From positions 319,672,001-319,736,000 of the forward strand of contig OZ024741.1 of NCBI GenBank assembly GCA_964016885.1: DNA of 64,000 nucleotides. The letters are read 5' to 3'. Numbering within the stretch: position 1 is the stretch's first letter; each line of letters starts with the position of its first letter. Position numbers and translations under genes: made by a program. A model generated the notes under the pieces. It did not search any database. It saw only the letters and a program-made list of their open reading frames with translations, and was not told where the DNA came from. Source of the DNA: Eledone cirrhosa (Eukaryota). Of this stretch, positions 1-12,113 are shown one piece after another.

Positions 1-18
1 GGATCATTATCACTGTAT

Positions 19-131
19 GTGTTCAAATCCCGCCGAGGTGAACTTTGCCTTTCATCCTTACGGGGTCGATAAAATAAAGTACCAGTAATGTATTGGGTAA
101 TTGCTGGCCTTGTGCCTAAAGTAGAAACAAT
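19..131 (+). mobile_element. tRNA-derived SINE with Nin/Deu-like central domain. Representative of many copies, e.g. 12717-12935, 17291-17455 (-), 18126-18241, 22190-22340, 28743-28935, 41204-41341, 60553-60735 (-)
   Basis: Recurring gttcaaatcccgccgaggttaactttgcctttcatccttacggggtcgataaaataaagtacc; B-box-like GTTCAAATCC. Confidence 0.85.
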
Positions 132-317
132 CATCACTGTTTGATGTAATTATATCCTGGAAATTATTAAAATATAATTCTCATCATTAATCACTTCTGC
201 ATGTTGCTAATTAGCATAGACTATAGTGTTTCTTTTATGCGAATCTTTAATTTATGTAAAAAAAAAAAATGTCTCAGTTTGTTTGATTGTTCATATATCC
301 TGTAATCTTGGTACATA

Positions 318-503
318 CGAAGGTTGGCTGAAAAGTTCATAGGCTGACTAAGATGCTCTCATGAGGTTTATTTTTCAATATAATCCCTGGAAAGAAACAA
401 TGCAATTATTAATAAGAAGGATTGAAATTAATGGATGCAAGATTTCACAGCTCTAGCATCAAACTCTTCATAGCCTGACAATGAACTTTTCAGCTCATCC
501 TCA
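318..503. mobile_element. Tc1/mariner-type MITE; a second right-half copy lies at ~710-788
   Basis: TA flanks; TIR cgaaggttggctgaaaagttcataggct / atgaacttttcagctcatcctca. Confidence 0.65.
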
Positions 504-1305
504 TACCACTAGCATATCATTTACCAATAGCACTGACACCACGTGATTCAGAATAAAGGTGTATATGGATTGATCTTCTATTGGTGTATTCTATAATACA
601 AAGGAAAGTTGTCTCAGTGCATATCCAGGTTGTACTCAGAAATCAGGGAATGAACATTCACAAAATATCTACATTATTTTTCCGTATCCCACTGGAGGAG
701 TCATTGTAGTATTAATGCATGCAAGATTTCACAGCTGTAGTATCACTTCTTCATAGTTAGCCTATGAACTTTTCTACCTATCTTTGTATGGTACACCATT
801 ATATATGTTCAACACTTTTGATGGTATGGCTCCACTACTCTATAATGTTATTCTGTTTGCCATGATAATTATGTGTCCGTGTGTTAAGCTTTCAGCAGTT
901 TTATCTATGGAAGAAATTCGTAAATGTAATTGAAATCTTTAACATAATTTCAAGTGTTACGTTTCAAACAACTTTTACCATTGAATGAAGCCGATAACAT
1001 AATCGAAATAGTTCACATAATGAAACAGTGTTACAAAGATCTCTAAATCTATGCACCAAAATAGAAAGAACAACATGATTACCGCGAGTACGAACAATTC
1101 ATAAGATTGTATACATATCATTAATTTGAAGAATTCTAAGACATGCAGCATTTAGTTACATGCATTTCCTTTATGAGTTCGTATTCTCTGGACGTCAGTA
1201 AATTAAGTACTAGTTAAAAACTGATGTTGATATAACTAATTTTATCCACAGTTTTGTCAGATATCAACATTACTATCATCATTTCTTGTTAATTAATCCA
1301 CTATT

Positions 1306-1755
1306 TATAATAATAATGAAAATTATTGTGTACAGTGCTCAGGTGCACTACAACTCACCAAAGGTGCATGCATAGTACATAGAATAATGTACAAATGTCA
1401 GTAAAGTAAATAGTGTATGAGTCATGATATACACACCCATGCGTGCATATGTATGGATGTATGGAGGGGGAATATCAGGTGTAGTGTTGGCGAATTTTGG
1501 GAAGCATGGAAGTTTTGAAGGATGCAGTGTCCTAACAGCTAACAACTGATGCAGGTAGTTTGTTCCATACTTCAGCAACTCTGAGCATGAAAAAATGTTT
1601 GCAAAAGTCATGGGAGCTGTGTTATTTTCTGACTTTGTAGGCATGCCCATGGGTGTTAGACACATGGAACTCAAAAAGGTGGCAAGATGGTTAATAATTT
1701 TGTGGGCGTCTACCAAGTCAGTTGCCAGATATCGTAACTTCAATGTATCCAATCA
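1306..1755 (-). mobile_element. CR1-clade LINE 3' end, decayed
   Basis: Minus strand reads LKLRYLATDLVDAHKII then, in another frame, THGHAYK...HFFMLRVAEVWNKLPASVV...SFK, the typical CR1 ORF2 C-terminus; short TAA-type tail. Confidence 0.75.
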
Positions 1756-2784
1756 ACTAAAACATTATTTATAATCTGTATTATTCTGCTTGTCACAATG
1801 TGTGTTTGAAAGTTACACTTTCCAGGGGCAAATAACTTCATCTTGAACTCAGTTAGTGAACAAAGAAGGGGGTAGCAAATGTTAGTGAGGGTGGCAATCA
1901 TCTGGAAGAAGAGAGAGAAAGAGAGAGAGAGAGAATAAAACTACCAGGAAATACTGTTACAAAAATAATTGTATACAGTGTGATTCTCAAAGAAATAAAC
2001 ATCCTATAAACACAAAAAATAATGCTATAAATTTCTATAAATTTATGCATGAAAATATAAAATAAGAAAACTCTTCAAATTTGAAATCTTTCACAGTGGT
2101 CCATTCATAATTATATGTATAATTATAATTGCAATTATAATTAAGAGAGGTGGATGGAACAATGTGTAGAGTTTTAGAGAAAATGGCCTTGGGGAGAATC
2201 AACAGAGCCTTAGAAAAATATGACCTTGTGTTGTTTATTAAAGTTTCTTTTATATTCTAAATTTAAATCATGCAATGGTCGATTATGACCAGTAAAGTAC
2301 CAGGGTCGATCAAATTGACAACACCATTCTCTTAAAGATTGGTACCATTGTGTATAAGGCAGAAATTATTTTTCCTCATTTTATATATTTTTCAATTTAT
2401 TTGCCTCCAGCGTTTGAAAGTTTTGCCTCGTATATTATTGTGTTGCCATTACTACATTCTAATTCTAAAGAATGGGGAGAAGGAGAGACAAAAGAAAACA
2501 TGAGTCTAATAATAGAAATTGCCAAATTTATGAACTTCCTTTCTCTCACCTCCAGATTGATGAAATTGGAAACAAAACACACACACACACACATGCTAAC
2601 ACAACCGTACACACTCACATACTTACCACACACACACACATAAATGGGGAAAAAAAGAAAAGAAAATACATGAATATTTTATTCCTGACACTTCGACCAT
2701 CTAATTTATCTTTTCAATTAAATTCCTGATTTTATAATTAGACACTTCAGACATGTGTCTCCTTATTCAATAATAATAATGATA

Positions 2785-2801
2785 ATATGTATTTATATAT
2801 A

Positions 2802-2834
<33 letters not shown>

Positions 2835-2836
2835 GG

Positions 2837-2892
<56 letters not shown>

Positions 2893-3022
2893 CCATACAA
2901 TGGATATGTATCTTTCTCTCTTGCTCTCTCTCTCTCTATATATATATATATGTGTGTGTGTGTATATATATATATACGTGTGTATATATATGTGTGTGTA
3001 TATATATATATGTGTATATATA

Positions 3023-3053
<31 letters not shown>

Positions 3054-3155
3054 GTGTATATGTATATATATATGTATATATATGTGTATATGTATATATA
3101 TATATGTGTATATGTATATATATGTATATATATATATATGTGCATATGATGTATT

Positions 3156-3204
<49 letters not shown>

Positions 3205-3260
3205 TTATATATATTGAATTATGTACATACATATAAATATATAAATGTATGTGAATGTGT
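2785..3260. repeat. Compound (TA)n/(TG)n/(CA)n microsatellite; one of dozens in the window
   Basis: Direct inspection. Confidence 0.98.
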
Positions 3261-5042
3261 ATTATTTATTTATTTATTAGGTCTCCAGTGACTGATTACT
3301 TGATTATTTCTGCTAAAATAAGTCAATCCTCGTCATTTTTCGGTTTTTGTTTCCTTTCCATTTCTTTGTTCAAATAGAAATAATTTCCTTTTCCTTTTCT
3401 CTATTCTCATTTCATTCACCTTTCCCTTCTCTCCCTCCCCCTCTCTTTTTGTTCTGCATAGTCTTCCTGTATTGAACCTATCACCTTATACATATTACTG
3501 GGAATTCACAGAGGTGAAAAGCTAGAAAAGATTTAAGAGAGACATTCAATTTAAACATATATGAGAAATGGAAAATAAAGATTCAATTTATATTGAAACA
3601 GACGGATACATTTTGTATTTGTAGACTGTATAAATAGACATACTGTGTAGATATTGACTGCATAGATAGATATATGCTTTGTTTAGATGCGACTCTATAA
3701 ATATAGAGAGAGTTTATGTGATTGGATTTATAGACACATGGTGTGTATTTTGAATGGATATATAAACACAGTGTCTACATGTTTGAGTTAGCTAAACTTG
3801 CTTAATGTAAGACTCCACCCCACTCCTATGATAAACTTCAGATATTTGAAAGATGCAACACATAAACAAAATTTACACAAATTTACAAAATTGACATTTA
3901 AAAAAAAAAAAATATATTATCTAAATATTAACAAATACATGCATGCAATTATATTTTTCATGTATGCGGTATTTTTAAACTGCTAGTTTGCATTAGTTTC
4001 AGTAATTTATAAATGTTTTCAAAATATTTGCTGATTACTGTTTTAAATATATTGAGCCTATTTAATACAGCAATGAACTACAGGAACATCTAAGAAAAAT
4101 ATGCCAATAACAGAATTAGAAAAATATGCCAGTAACAGAATTAGATAAACAAAAAATAACTAAAAAGGTACAAAAGATATGATTTATGAAATTTATAACT
4201 TAGTAAATATCTTAGTAACATTTCAGGAAGAAAATCTATATAAAAAAAACAATGAAAAAAATATTCTACACATATGTTAATTAGATATCACACTTTTCTA
4301 CTGGTAAAATGATCTTGTGTGTCTCCATCTTGATGCTAAGTCATTGAAAGTCCAGCCACCAAGGTGTCAAGGCTGTATGAATTAGCTCCATCAGGTGTTT
4401 AATTATAAGGATTGCATGATCTTTCAACTTCAACATTTTTATTACAGAATAAAAGGATCCATAGCAATATGTTTTGCTGAGAACACATGGATTTCACAGT
4501 AGTTTTTCTTCAGTTAAGAATATTTAATGTTAGGGACTTATTTCTAGAACTCAGTCATAGACCATACTCTGTAATTGTATAAGTTCTACTTTCACAGCAT
4601 ATGACTCAGTAATAAGTCATTGGAGAATTAAACACCTACCATTGATCAGATTATCAATGAATGTATTTACAAGAAAGAAGTAAAACTTCAGCTTCACCAA
4701 GTCTTCAAACCTCGCTAGGAAATTTCTTGTAATTCGAAGGTGTTTTCTTCCAGTTTGTGGTCTCTTATTTCATTATCTGGGAATATATTTAATATGCTGC
4801 AGAGATTGGGAAAAGACTGAAATTTCTTGACAATATCTCTTTGTAAAACTCTTTTATTCTGAAAACTGAAAATAGTCTATGTAAGATAAGAAAGAATCCT
4901 ATCCTTTAACCTAGAGTGTTCAACTGAGAGTTTGTAGAGGATTTCTTTAATCAGTAAGAAATATTAGATTTTGAATCTGTTTATCAGTTTTTAGTTGAGG
5001 ACAGGGTTATGTCTTTTCTTTACAATTCATAAACCCACTTAA

Positions 5043-5263
5043 CCCTTTAGCATTTAAACCGGCCATATCTGGCCAGAATTCTCTCACCTCTTTATGTTGA
5101 AACTGGCCATAACTGGCTGCTCATACTGACATTAAGGTATTGTTCTCAAAGTAAATAACATCAAAATATCATTGATTCGATATTATATGAGATAATTATG
5201 TAAGATAAATCTTTTACCACAAAAATACAATAGTATATATAGAGTAATATAAATTCTAAAGGG
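5043..5263. mobile_element. piggyBac-like MITE
   Basis: TTAA|CCCTTTAG...CTAAAGGG|TTAA. Confidence 0.75.
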
Positions 5264-5411
5264 TTAACACATTGTTGGTTTACAGTATTCCTACAATGCA
5301 TTAGAAAGGGAGACCACCACTGGGTTTATCTGCAAGCTTCACTTCTTTAATAACATTTTTGAAATGACAGTTTGAAGGACAGATTTCATATTTGGAGCAT
5401 TTGGCAACATG

Positions 5412-5697
5412 ATCATCGTCATCATCATCATCCTCGTTTAACGTCCACTTTCCACGCTAGCATGGGTTAGATGGGAGTTGTCCCACTTGAGGCAAGGTTG
5501 GTCGGGTGACCGTGTCTCGCTCATTTAGGACTATCTGGCAGGTTTTCTACGGCTGGATGCCCTTCCTAACACCAACCACATTTACAGTGTGGAACTGGGA
5601 ACTTTTTACCGTGTTACCTTTTTACCGTGTTACCTTTTTACCGGCCACATTACAGCGTGGACTGTGTGTTTTTTTTCTCGTGACACCTACACGATGA
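5412..5697 (-). mobile_element. RTE-tailed SINE body (Ceph-like domain); relatives at 15545-15830 (-), 23878-24190 (-), 45215-45460 (+), 46098-46500 (-)
   Basis: Shared ggaagggcatccagc core and 3' tail tctaacccatgctagc..ggaaa..ggacgttaaacga(tga)n. Confidence 0.75.
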
Positions 5698-5713
5698 TAC
5701 TAATGATAAATAA

Positions 5714-7427
5714 CACTGTGTAAGATATATTTGTTCCCTGGTTCTAAGTATCATTTCCTGGTTTGTTATATCCCATTATTATAAAAAGACACTATTATTT
5801 AATTAGAAGTTTGGGTTTGTGGTCAGAAGTTTGATATTTAAAACTTTTCATATTTTTCAAGAAAAAAAACACATTTTAAAAATATTTATCAGTTCATATA
5901 ATTAAATCAACAGAGTATATATTTTATTACACAAGCTTATCAAAAGCAAACAAGTAAAAACAAATAACACTTATAAAGCAACTTATACACGTCAGAAATG
6001 ACTGCATTTCCTGGATCTGCGGTTGTAGTCCAGGTCACATTCCTGCACTATAGTCCTCCATCATTTTTTCATTGTAGTGGCCCTGGTACCTCCGCTCTAT
6101 CTCTTTCACATTTTGGTGGAATCCTTCGCCTTGTTCTTCTGAGTAGGCGCCCATATTGTCCTTGAATTTTTCCAGGTGAGCGTCCAGCATATGGAGTTTA
6201 AGCGACATCCTGCATCCCATGGCGCCAAAAGCCTTTATCAGATCCTGCACCAGTTGCTGGTAGTTTTCAGCTCTGTAGTTGCCCAGGAAGCCCTTAACAA
6301 CTGCCTTGAAACAGTTCCATGCTGTTCTCTCAATCCTATTGAGCTTATTGGAGAACTCGATAGACTCAAACACCTTCTTTATCTGAGGTCCAACAAAAAT
6401 TCCACCTTTGATTTTGGCCTCAGATAACTTGGGGAAGAACTCAAGAAGATACTTAAAAGCGGCTGATTCTTGGTTGAGAGCTTTCACAAACTGCTTCATC
6501 AACCCCAACTTTATGTGCAGTGGCCACATGAGCACAATCCTGGGATCAACCAGTGGCTCCCACATGACGTTCCGGGTCCCAACTACAAATTCTGTTCGCT
6601 GCTCCCAGTTCTTTCTTTTGTAGTAGTCAGAGGTGGCTCTGCTCTCCCAAAGGCAGAGGAAGCATTGGAATTTGAAGTCCAAGCAGGAAAGCCACCATCT
6701 TGAAGTCTCCAATGATTTCCCAACTGTACTGGTTGTATTGCAGAGCTTCCAAGAGGACTTTCACACTGTAGTAATCTTCCTTCAGGCAGACTGAATGAGC
6801 TAGGGGCAGTGTCGGGAACTTGTTTCCATTGTGGAGGAGGACAGCCTTCAAACTTGTGGTGGAGCAGTCTATAAATAGCCGCCACTCCTTGGGCACAAGC
6901 GGCACCCCAATAACGTCAAACAGTCCAGGAATGTCATGGCAGAAGCAGAGGCCATCCCTAAGAGTGTAAAAGCCTGAGAAAGGTTTGTGTCGACTTCTCT
7001 GACTTGTCACCTGCACTTACTCCTTCACCAAGTTCTACTGCTTCATCCTGGAGATGAATGCTTAAAACACAACTTACCCTTTATTAAGGGTGCGAAAATC
7101 CAGTATCAAATCCAGTATCTTTAATCCACTTTTTAACAATTTTATACTTTATTGCACTTTTATAATTTCTTTAGGTATTACTCTTTATTTTATAATTTTA
7201 ATTTAACTTGAAACATATATAAAAAAATAATTTAACATCAGCAAATTAAACTTACATACAACATAAAATCCAGCATACAAATAATTCTAGTGAATAGCTT
7301 AGAATTTTTACAAACCCCAACTTTTAACTGTTTAATAGCACTTTTCTATTTATGTGGGACCTAAGCAACACAAAAAAAGTGATTACAAGTCAGGAACAGA
7401 GGAAACAAATCTTTTTGTTACACGGTG
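5714..7427 (-). mobile_element. Chapaev3-like (CMC superfamily) DNA transposon, internally deleted, frameshifted transposase
   Basis: taa|CACTGTGTAA...TTACACGGTG|taa (TAA TSD, imperfect TIRs); ORFs 6627-7016 and 6035-6712 carry EWRLFID, LKAVLLHNGN, HIKLGLMKQFVKAL, EEQGEGFHQ, ERRYQG. Confidence 0.82.
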
Positions 7428-10195
7428 TAATGGAATGAGCAGCAAAAATGTTTGGAAAACTAAGATCACTTTTCATAAGTGCAATTAATCCTGTATTTTC
7501 CATACTATTACAAAAACTTCATCTGTTTATCCCAGATGACTTTATTCAGTGGAACATCAGCATCTGTCAAGGCTAGTCAAATGTTAATTTTTTTTTCTAC
7601 CATTTCAAATGTTTGTTTTATTAATAAAAAAAAATCATAAACAAATATATTTCAAATAACAACAACACTACATATATTTAAAAATGGAAAATGAAAGGAA
7701 GGGCAAAGGCTCTAGGGGAAGAGGGAGGGTGATGTGTTCTAGGCCTAAGACGCAAATGCCACTAAATCCAAAAATCTCTTTTTTCACATTCACATCAGAG
7801 GAAATATAAACAAATATTGCCAGGTTATCATGTATGTCTGTAGAGTCACCAAAAGTTATGCTGAATACAATGGAATTCTTTAAATAATTTTGTATTTTGT
7901 CCTCAAAATCAGCATTGATCTGTTTGACAGGCATCTGTGTAGTATGGCATGAAACCAATGTTTTTGTTGAAGTTTTGTTTATCTTTTGTATTTAACATTG
8001 CAACAACTTCAGTTGTTCTTTACAAATTTGCCATCAGAATTTGGATATTCAGGATGAGAAATATCCCAGGATTAAACAAAACTAGCTTTAATTATCGTTG
8101 CATCAACATCATTATTAACATGGTAAACAGCTTTTGCTGTGTATTTAGCAATGATTCTAATACAGTTAACTTATTTCCATTCATTTTAATTTAGTGGTGT
8201 AATTACCCAAACATTTGTTTTTGTGAATTGTTTCACAATGGCATTTTAAGTTACTGGTTTTAGTGACTGAGTGATACATTACATGTAAAACACAGAATTG
8301 CTTCTTTTAACAGTGTAAGTTTCCTCTTCATCTGACTTGAAATTTGCTTACATCTCCAAATGTTTGTTTCTTACAATCTTGATTCATAAAATTTTTTAAA
8401 ATATTTACATCCTAGTTTTTAAATATTTACACCAACAGGCACATCTGTGTAATTTCCAGTAATTTCACGTTTCACCATTTTATAATTTTCAATCTTGCTT
8501 ATATATGATTTAAAGTTATTTTGAGTAAAATTTTATTTATCTTTAATATAAATGTTTAAGAAAACATTGGGTTAAAGCAAGGGACTCAATCTCAATTATT
8601 TAACTATTTCTTTTGCTTTTATAAATGTTTAGAAGTTATTGAAATATTTGTTTTGTTCCCATCTTCCTTATAAATGTGTTTAACATGGGAAGGAGTATGT
8701 ACATGTATACTACTTGTTGAGAAAACTTGGCTGCTATATGTGACCACAAACAGTCTCTGTTATTGTTGTTGCAGTTTAGCCTCAGGTCTACCTTGACCTA
8801 GAATCAAAGGCATTCAAGCCAAGGCTATCCCACCATTTTTGTATATACAGGGAACCCAGAACTATATTATCCAACATGCTGTATTCCAATACGGTAGTCT
8901 AAGATTTGAAGAATATTTGACTACTACTTTTAGCATGTTAAGAGACCAGGTAGAGCCTTTCTGTGTCTGTATGTAATTGATGAGCTAAAATGAAAGTGTT
9001 AAAGTTAAATTGTTTTGCTGTAAAGTGAAACGTTTGAAAACCCGAGACTGTTGCATGTAGTGCGTGATCATTAGCTTAGAATACAAATTTACAAGTTAAT
9101 CCCCTGCAGCGGGTTTAATATAACAAAACCTACTAAATTAAAGAATTTTTGTTTTTATATTGAACCAAAATTAAAAGTTCATGTTAAATTTAAAATACAA
9201 TTTAAAACACATTAGCAGTTTTAACACAACAAAAAACTACTGAATTAAAAAAATAATTAAATTTTTTGGGGACAACATTTGTTGCACTGTGTTTATATAC
9301 ATGGCAGGGGTATTGCCAGGCCTACACAAATTAATCTACTGATAACCACTGACATTTCTCCAAGACATATAAACCTTTAACTCTTCCCCTAGTCATTATC
9401 TTAGTTATCTTACCCCCCTCTGTAACTCTTATTGGTTTGAAATTTCTTTAATCCCTCTGTTTCACTATGAAAAAAAGCTTTCTCAAATCTAGCATTATAA
9501 TTAAGAGAGGAATTTAAAAATATTCTTTACTAACCATGAACATTAAAGTTATATTTTAACCCAGTGAGGTCTCTCAGCTAATACCTAGTAAACATTATAA
9601 AGCATGAATTATTTTGTGATTTAACTTACTTCCTGATTAACTGTGATGAAAAATGAACTCAGTCAACATATTTCTACAAACCTTACATTAAATGATAACA
9701 GGCTGCATGTGGCTCATGGTTGATAGTTTTGCCACTCTTTATATATTTGGTGTTGTTATTCACCTCTAGTTTAGCCTTACTGAGCATAATTTTGATCAAA
9801 GTCATTCAAAGTCATTCTATCTCATCTATTTCATAGAATTTGTCCACCAAGAACAATATCATCTTTTCTAAAACTGTGGATTGTTATTTGAAGAGGAATT
9901 AGAGTGCTATTTCTAATATTGAGAGGCTCATTTCTTGCTGTGTACATCTTGACTAGATAGATAGGCAGTGTGTAGATGTTGAATGCATATATTGAGAGTA
10001 TGTGCATGTTGACTAGATTAATATATAGTGTGAAGATGTTGACTTGGTAGATAGATATATAGTGTAGATATTGCATGTATAGAGATAGTATAGAGATAGT
10101 ATATTTATATTAATTAGAGAGATAAATGCAGTGTGTGAATGTTGACTAGATATATACACACAATATATAAACAGATGTTCACTAACTGGATAGAC

Positions 10196-10490
10196 ACTCT
10201 GACAATGTGCTTGTGGGCTAGATTGTTTAGAGAGGTGAGGGATGCTCTCCTAAGGTGCTCTTGGAGAGTATCATGGTTTAGGACATGTGGGGTTCCTAAA
10301 TTACCCTAAGGTAATGCCCCCCCCCCCCCATTGGGGAATTTTTATTGATATAATTGCATTGTTTATTGTCATCAGTTATCCTCTTTTTACAAGTTTTTTG
10401 TAAATCTGTATTGTCCTTATCTTTTGTATTGTTCTTCATGTTTCAACGCTTGTGACCAATAAAGAAATAATTATTTTTGTTATTATTATT
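10196..10490 (+). mobile_element. Probable LINE 3' UTR/tail (L1/Tx1-like), ending just before the exon A acceptor; similar tail at ~12515-12700
   Basis: C-run, T-rich UTR, AATAAA, then (TTA)n. Confidence 0.4.
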
Positions 10491-10497
10491 CAATTAG

Positions 10498-10565
10498 ATT
10501 TCTAAAACCATTCATCTACGAGATGTGCCACGCAAACTCTTTGAATTATTTCTGTTCTCTGAAAG
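10498..10565 (+). CDS. BTBD16: BTBD16/germ cell-less-like gene, internal exon A (ISKTIHLRDVPRKLFELFLFSER)
   Basis: attag|ATT...GAAAG|gtaaaa; phase 0 start, phase 2 end, joins the next exon in frame; resembles the recalled BTBD16 segment IHLHKIPQDLLHKVLKSPR. Confidence 0.72.
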
Positions 10566-11165
10566 GTAAAAATATGTCTCATTATTTTCTATTGGTTCTT
10601 TCTTTCTTCCTTTCTTTCTTTTTTTCTTTCTGAAAAGGAAATTCGTAAGAAGCCTTTTTCCCATAGTGATCAGAGTGACCTTGGGATTGAGGGTTTCCTT
10701 CCACATTGTGCCTCATTTGATTGTCTTTCATTTTCAGTTGTTAGTATCCAGGGTTGCATGTACACTTCTTACCTTTCATATGAGAATTTAGTCAAACACT
10801 CACACTATCCTAATTTACCATATTTTTTCGACTTGCTTTGTTGTGTTGTAATGCTGTGTGTGCTGGAGGGATTTATAATGACTTCAAATATCTGAAATTA
10901 TTGTGATCTCCAGTAGTTAGCTGATGATTAAGGGATATGTCTATGTTTCCATTGTATATCCATATCATGGGTGCTCAGATTTTGAGTAATATATAAACAA
11001 ACATCATGTGTGAAGCTCGAACTTTTGAATTTACGGAGCATTGAGGAACTAAATTTATAGATGTAGAATGCTCAGGCACAGAAAACAACTGCAATTACAG
11101 TCAGTTGTTATAAAATAACTTATAAAAATCTGGCAAAGACAGATTTTTATAAGCCATCTCATATG

Positions 11166-11230
<65 letters not shown>

Positions 11231-11244
11231 AATATATATATATA

Positions 11245-11460
11245 TACTTATATATATACATACTTATATATATATTAACATACTTATATATATATTTAGA
11301 TATATATATACATACTTATATATATATTTACATACTTATATATATATTTACATACTTATATATATATTTACATACTTATGTATATATTTACATACTTATA
11401 TATATATATTTACATACTTATATATATATTTACATACTTATATATATATATACATACATA
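11245..11460. repeat. ~20-22 bp minisatellite (catacttatatatatattta)
   Basis: About 9 tandem units. Confidence 0.9.
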
Positions 11461-11999
11461 TATATATATTATCATCATCATCATCATCATCATTTTACAT
11501 CCGCTTTTTCCCTGCTTGCAAGGGTGGGACGGGAATTGATTCTAGCTTGATTTCTACAGCTGGATGCCCTTCCTAACACTAACCTCATTTACAGTGAGTG
11601 GTGGGTGCTTTTTTACCGTGGCACCTCCATGACCACTTTGCAGTGGAATGATATGGATCTCAGTCCCTATCATCTCATTTCTACAGCTGAGTAAACTGGA
11701 GCAATGTGAAATAAAGTATCTTGCTCAAGGAAACAACACAATATATATATATATATACATATATATAAGTAAGTATGTTTTGAAACAGCGAGCTAGTTTG
11801 AAATTCGAAATAGAAGCTTTCGCTTCTATTTTTAACTAAAGAAACTTTAGCCTGATAGTCGGGGTTAGAACCCTCTAAGAAATGGAAAAAGATGTACGTG
11901 AATACTCATCTTTTTCTATTTTTTAGAGGGTTCTAAACCTCACTATCAGGCTAAAGTTTCTTTAGTTATACACACAGATATAGCATAGAAGAATGGACG

Positions 12000-12032
<33 letters not shown>

Positions 12033-12062
12033 CGTGGAATAATGGATGTAAAACAGTGTTGA

Positions 12063-12113
<51 letters not shown>

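Larger units (their letters stand above)
4250..8400 (-). pseudogene. Highly decayed hAT (Buster/GTF2IRD2-like) transposase remnant, interrupted by younger insertions
   Basis: ORF 7668-7958 has FSITFGDSTDIHDNLAIFVY, resembling FSLALDESTD...QLAIF; weaker matches flank the Chapaev insertion; boundaries approximate. Confidence 0.5.

Noticed and set aside
2755-3291. YI/HT/CV-rich ORFs here and at 18735-19874, 29018-29416, 31786-32175, 38070-38501
   Set aside because: Translations of dinucleotide micro- and minisatellites
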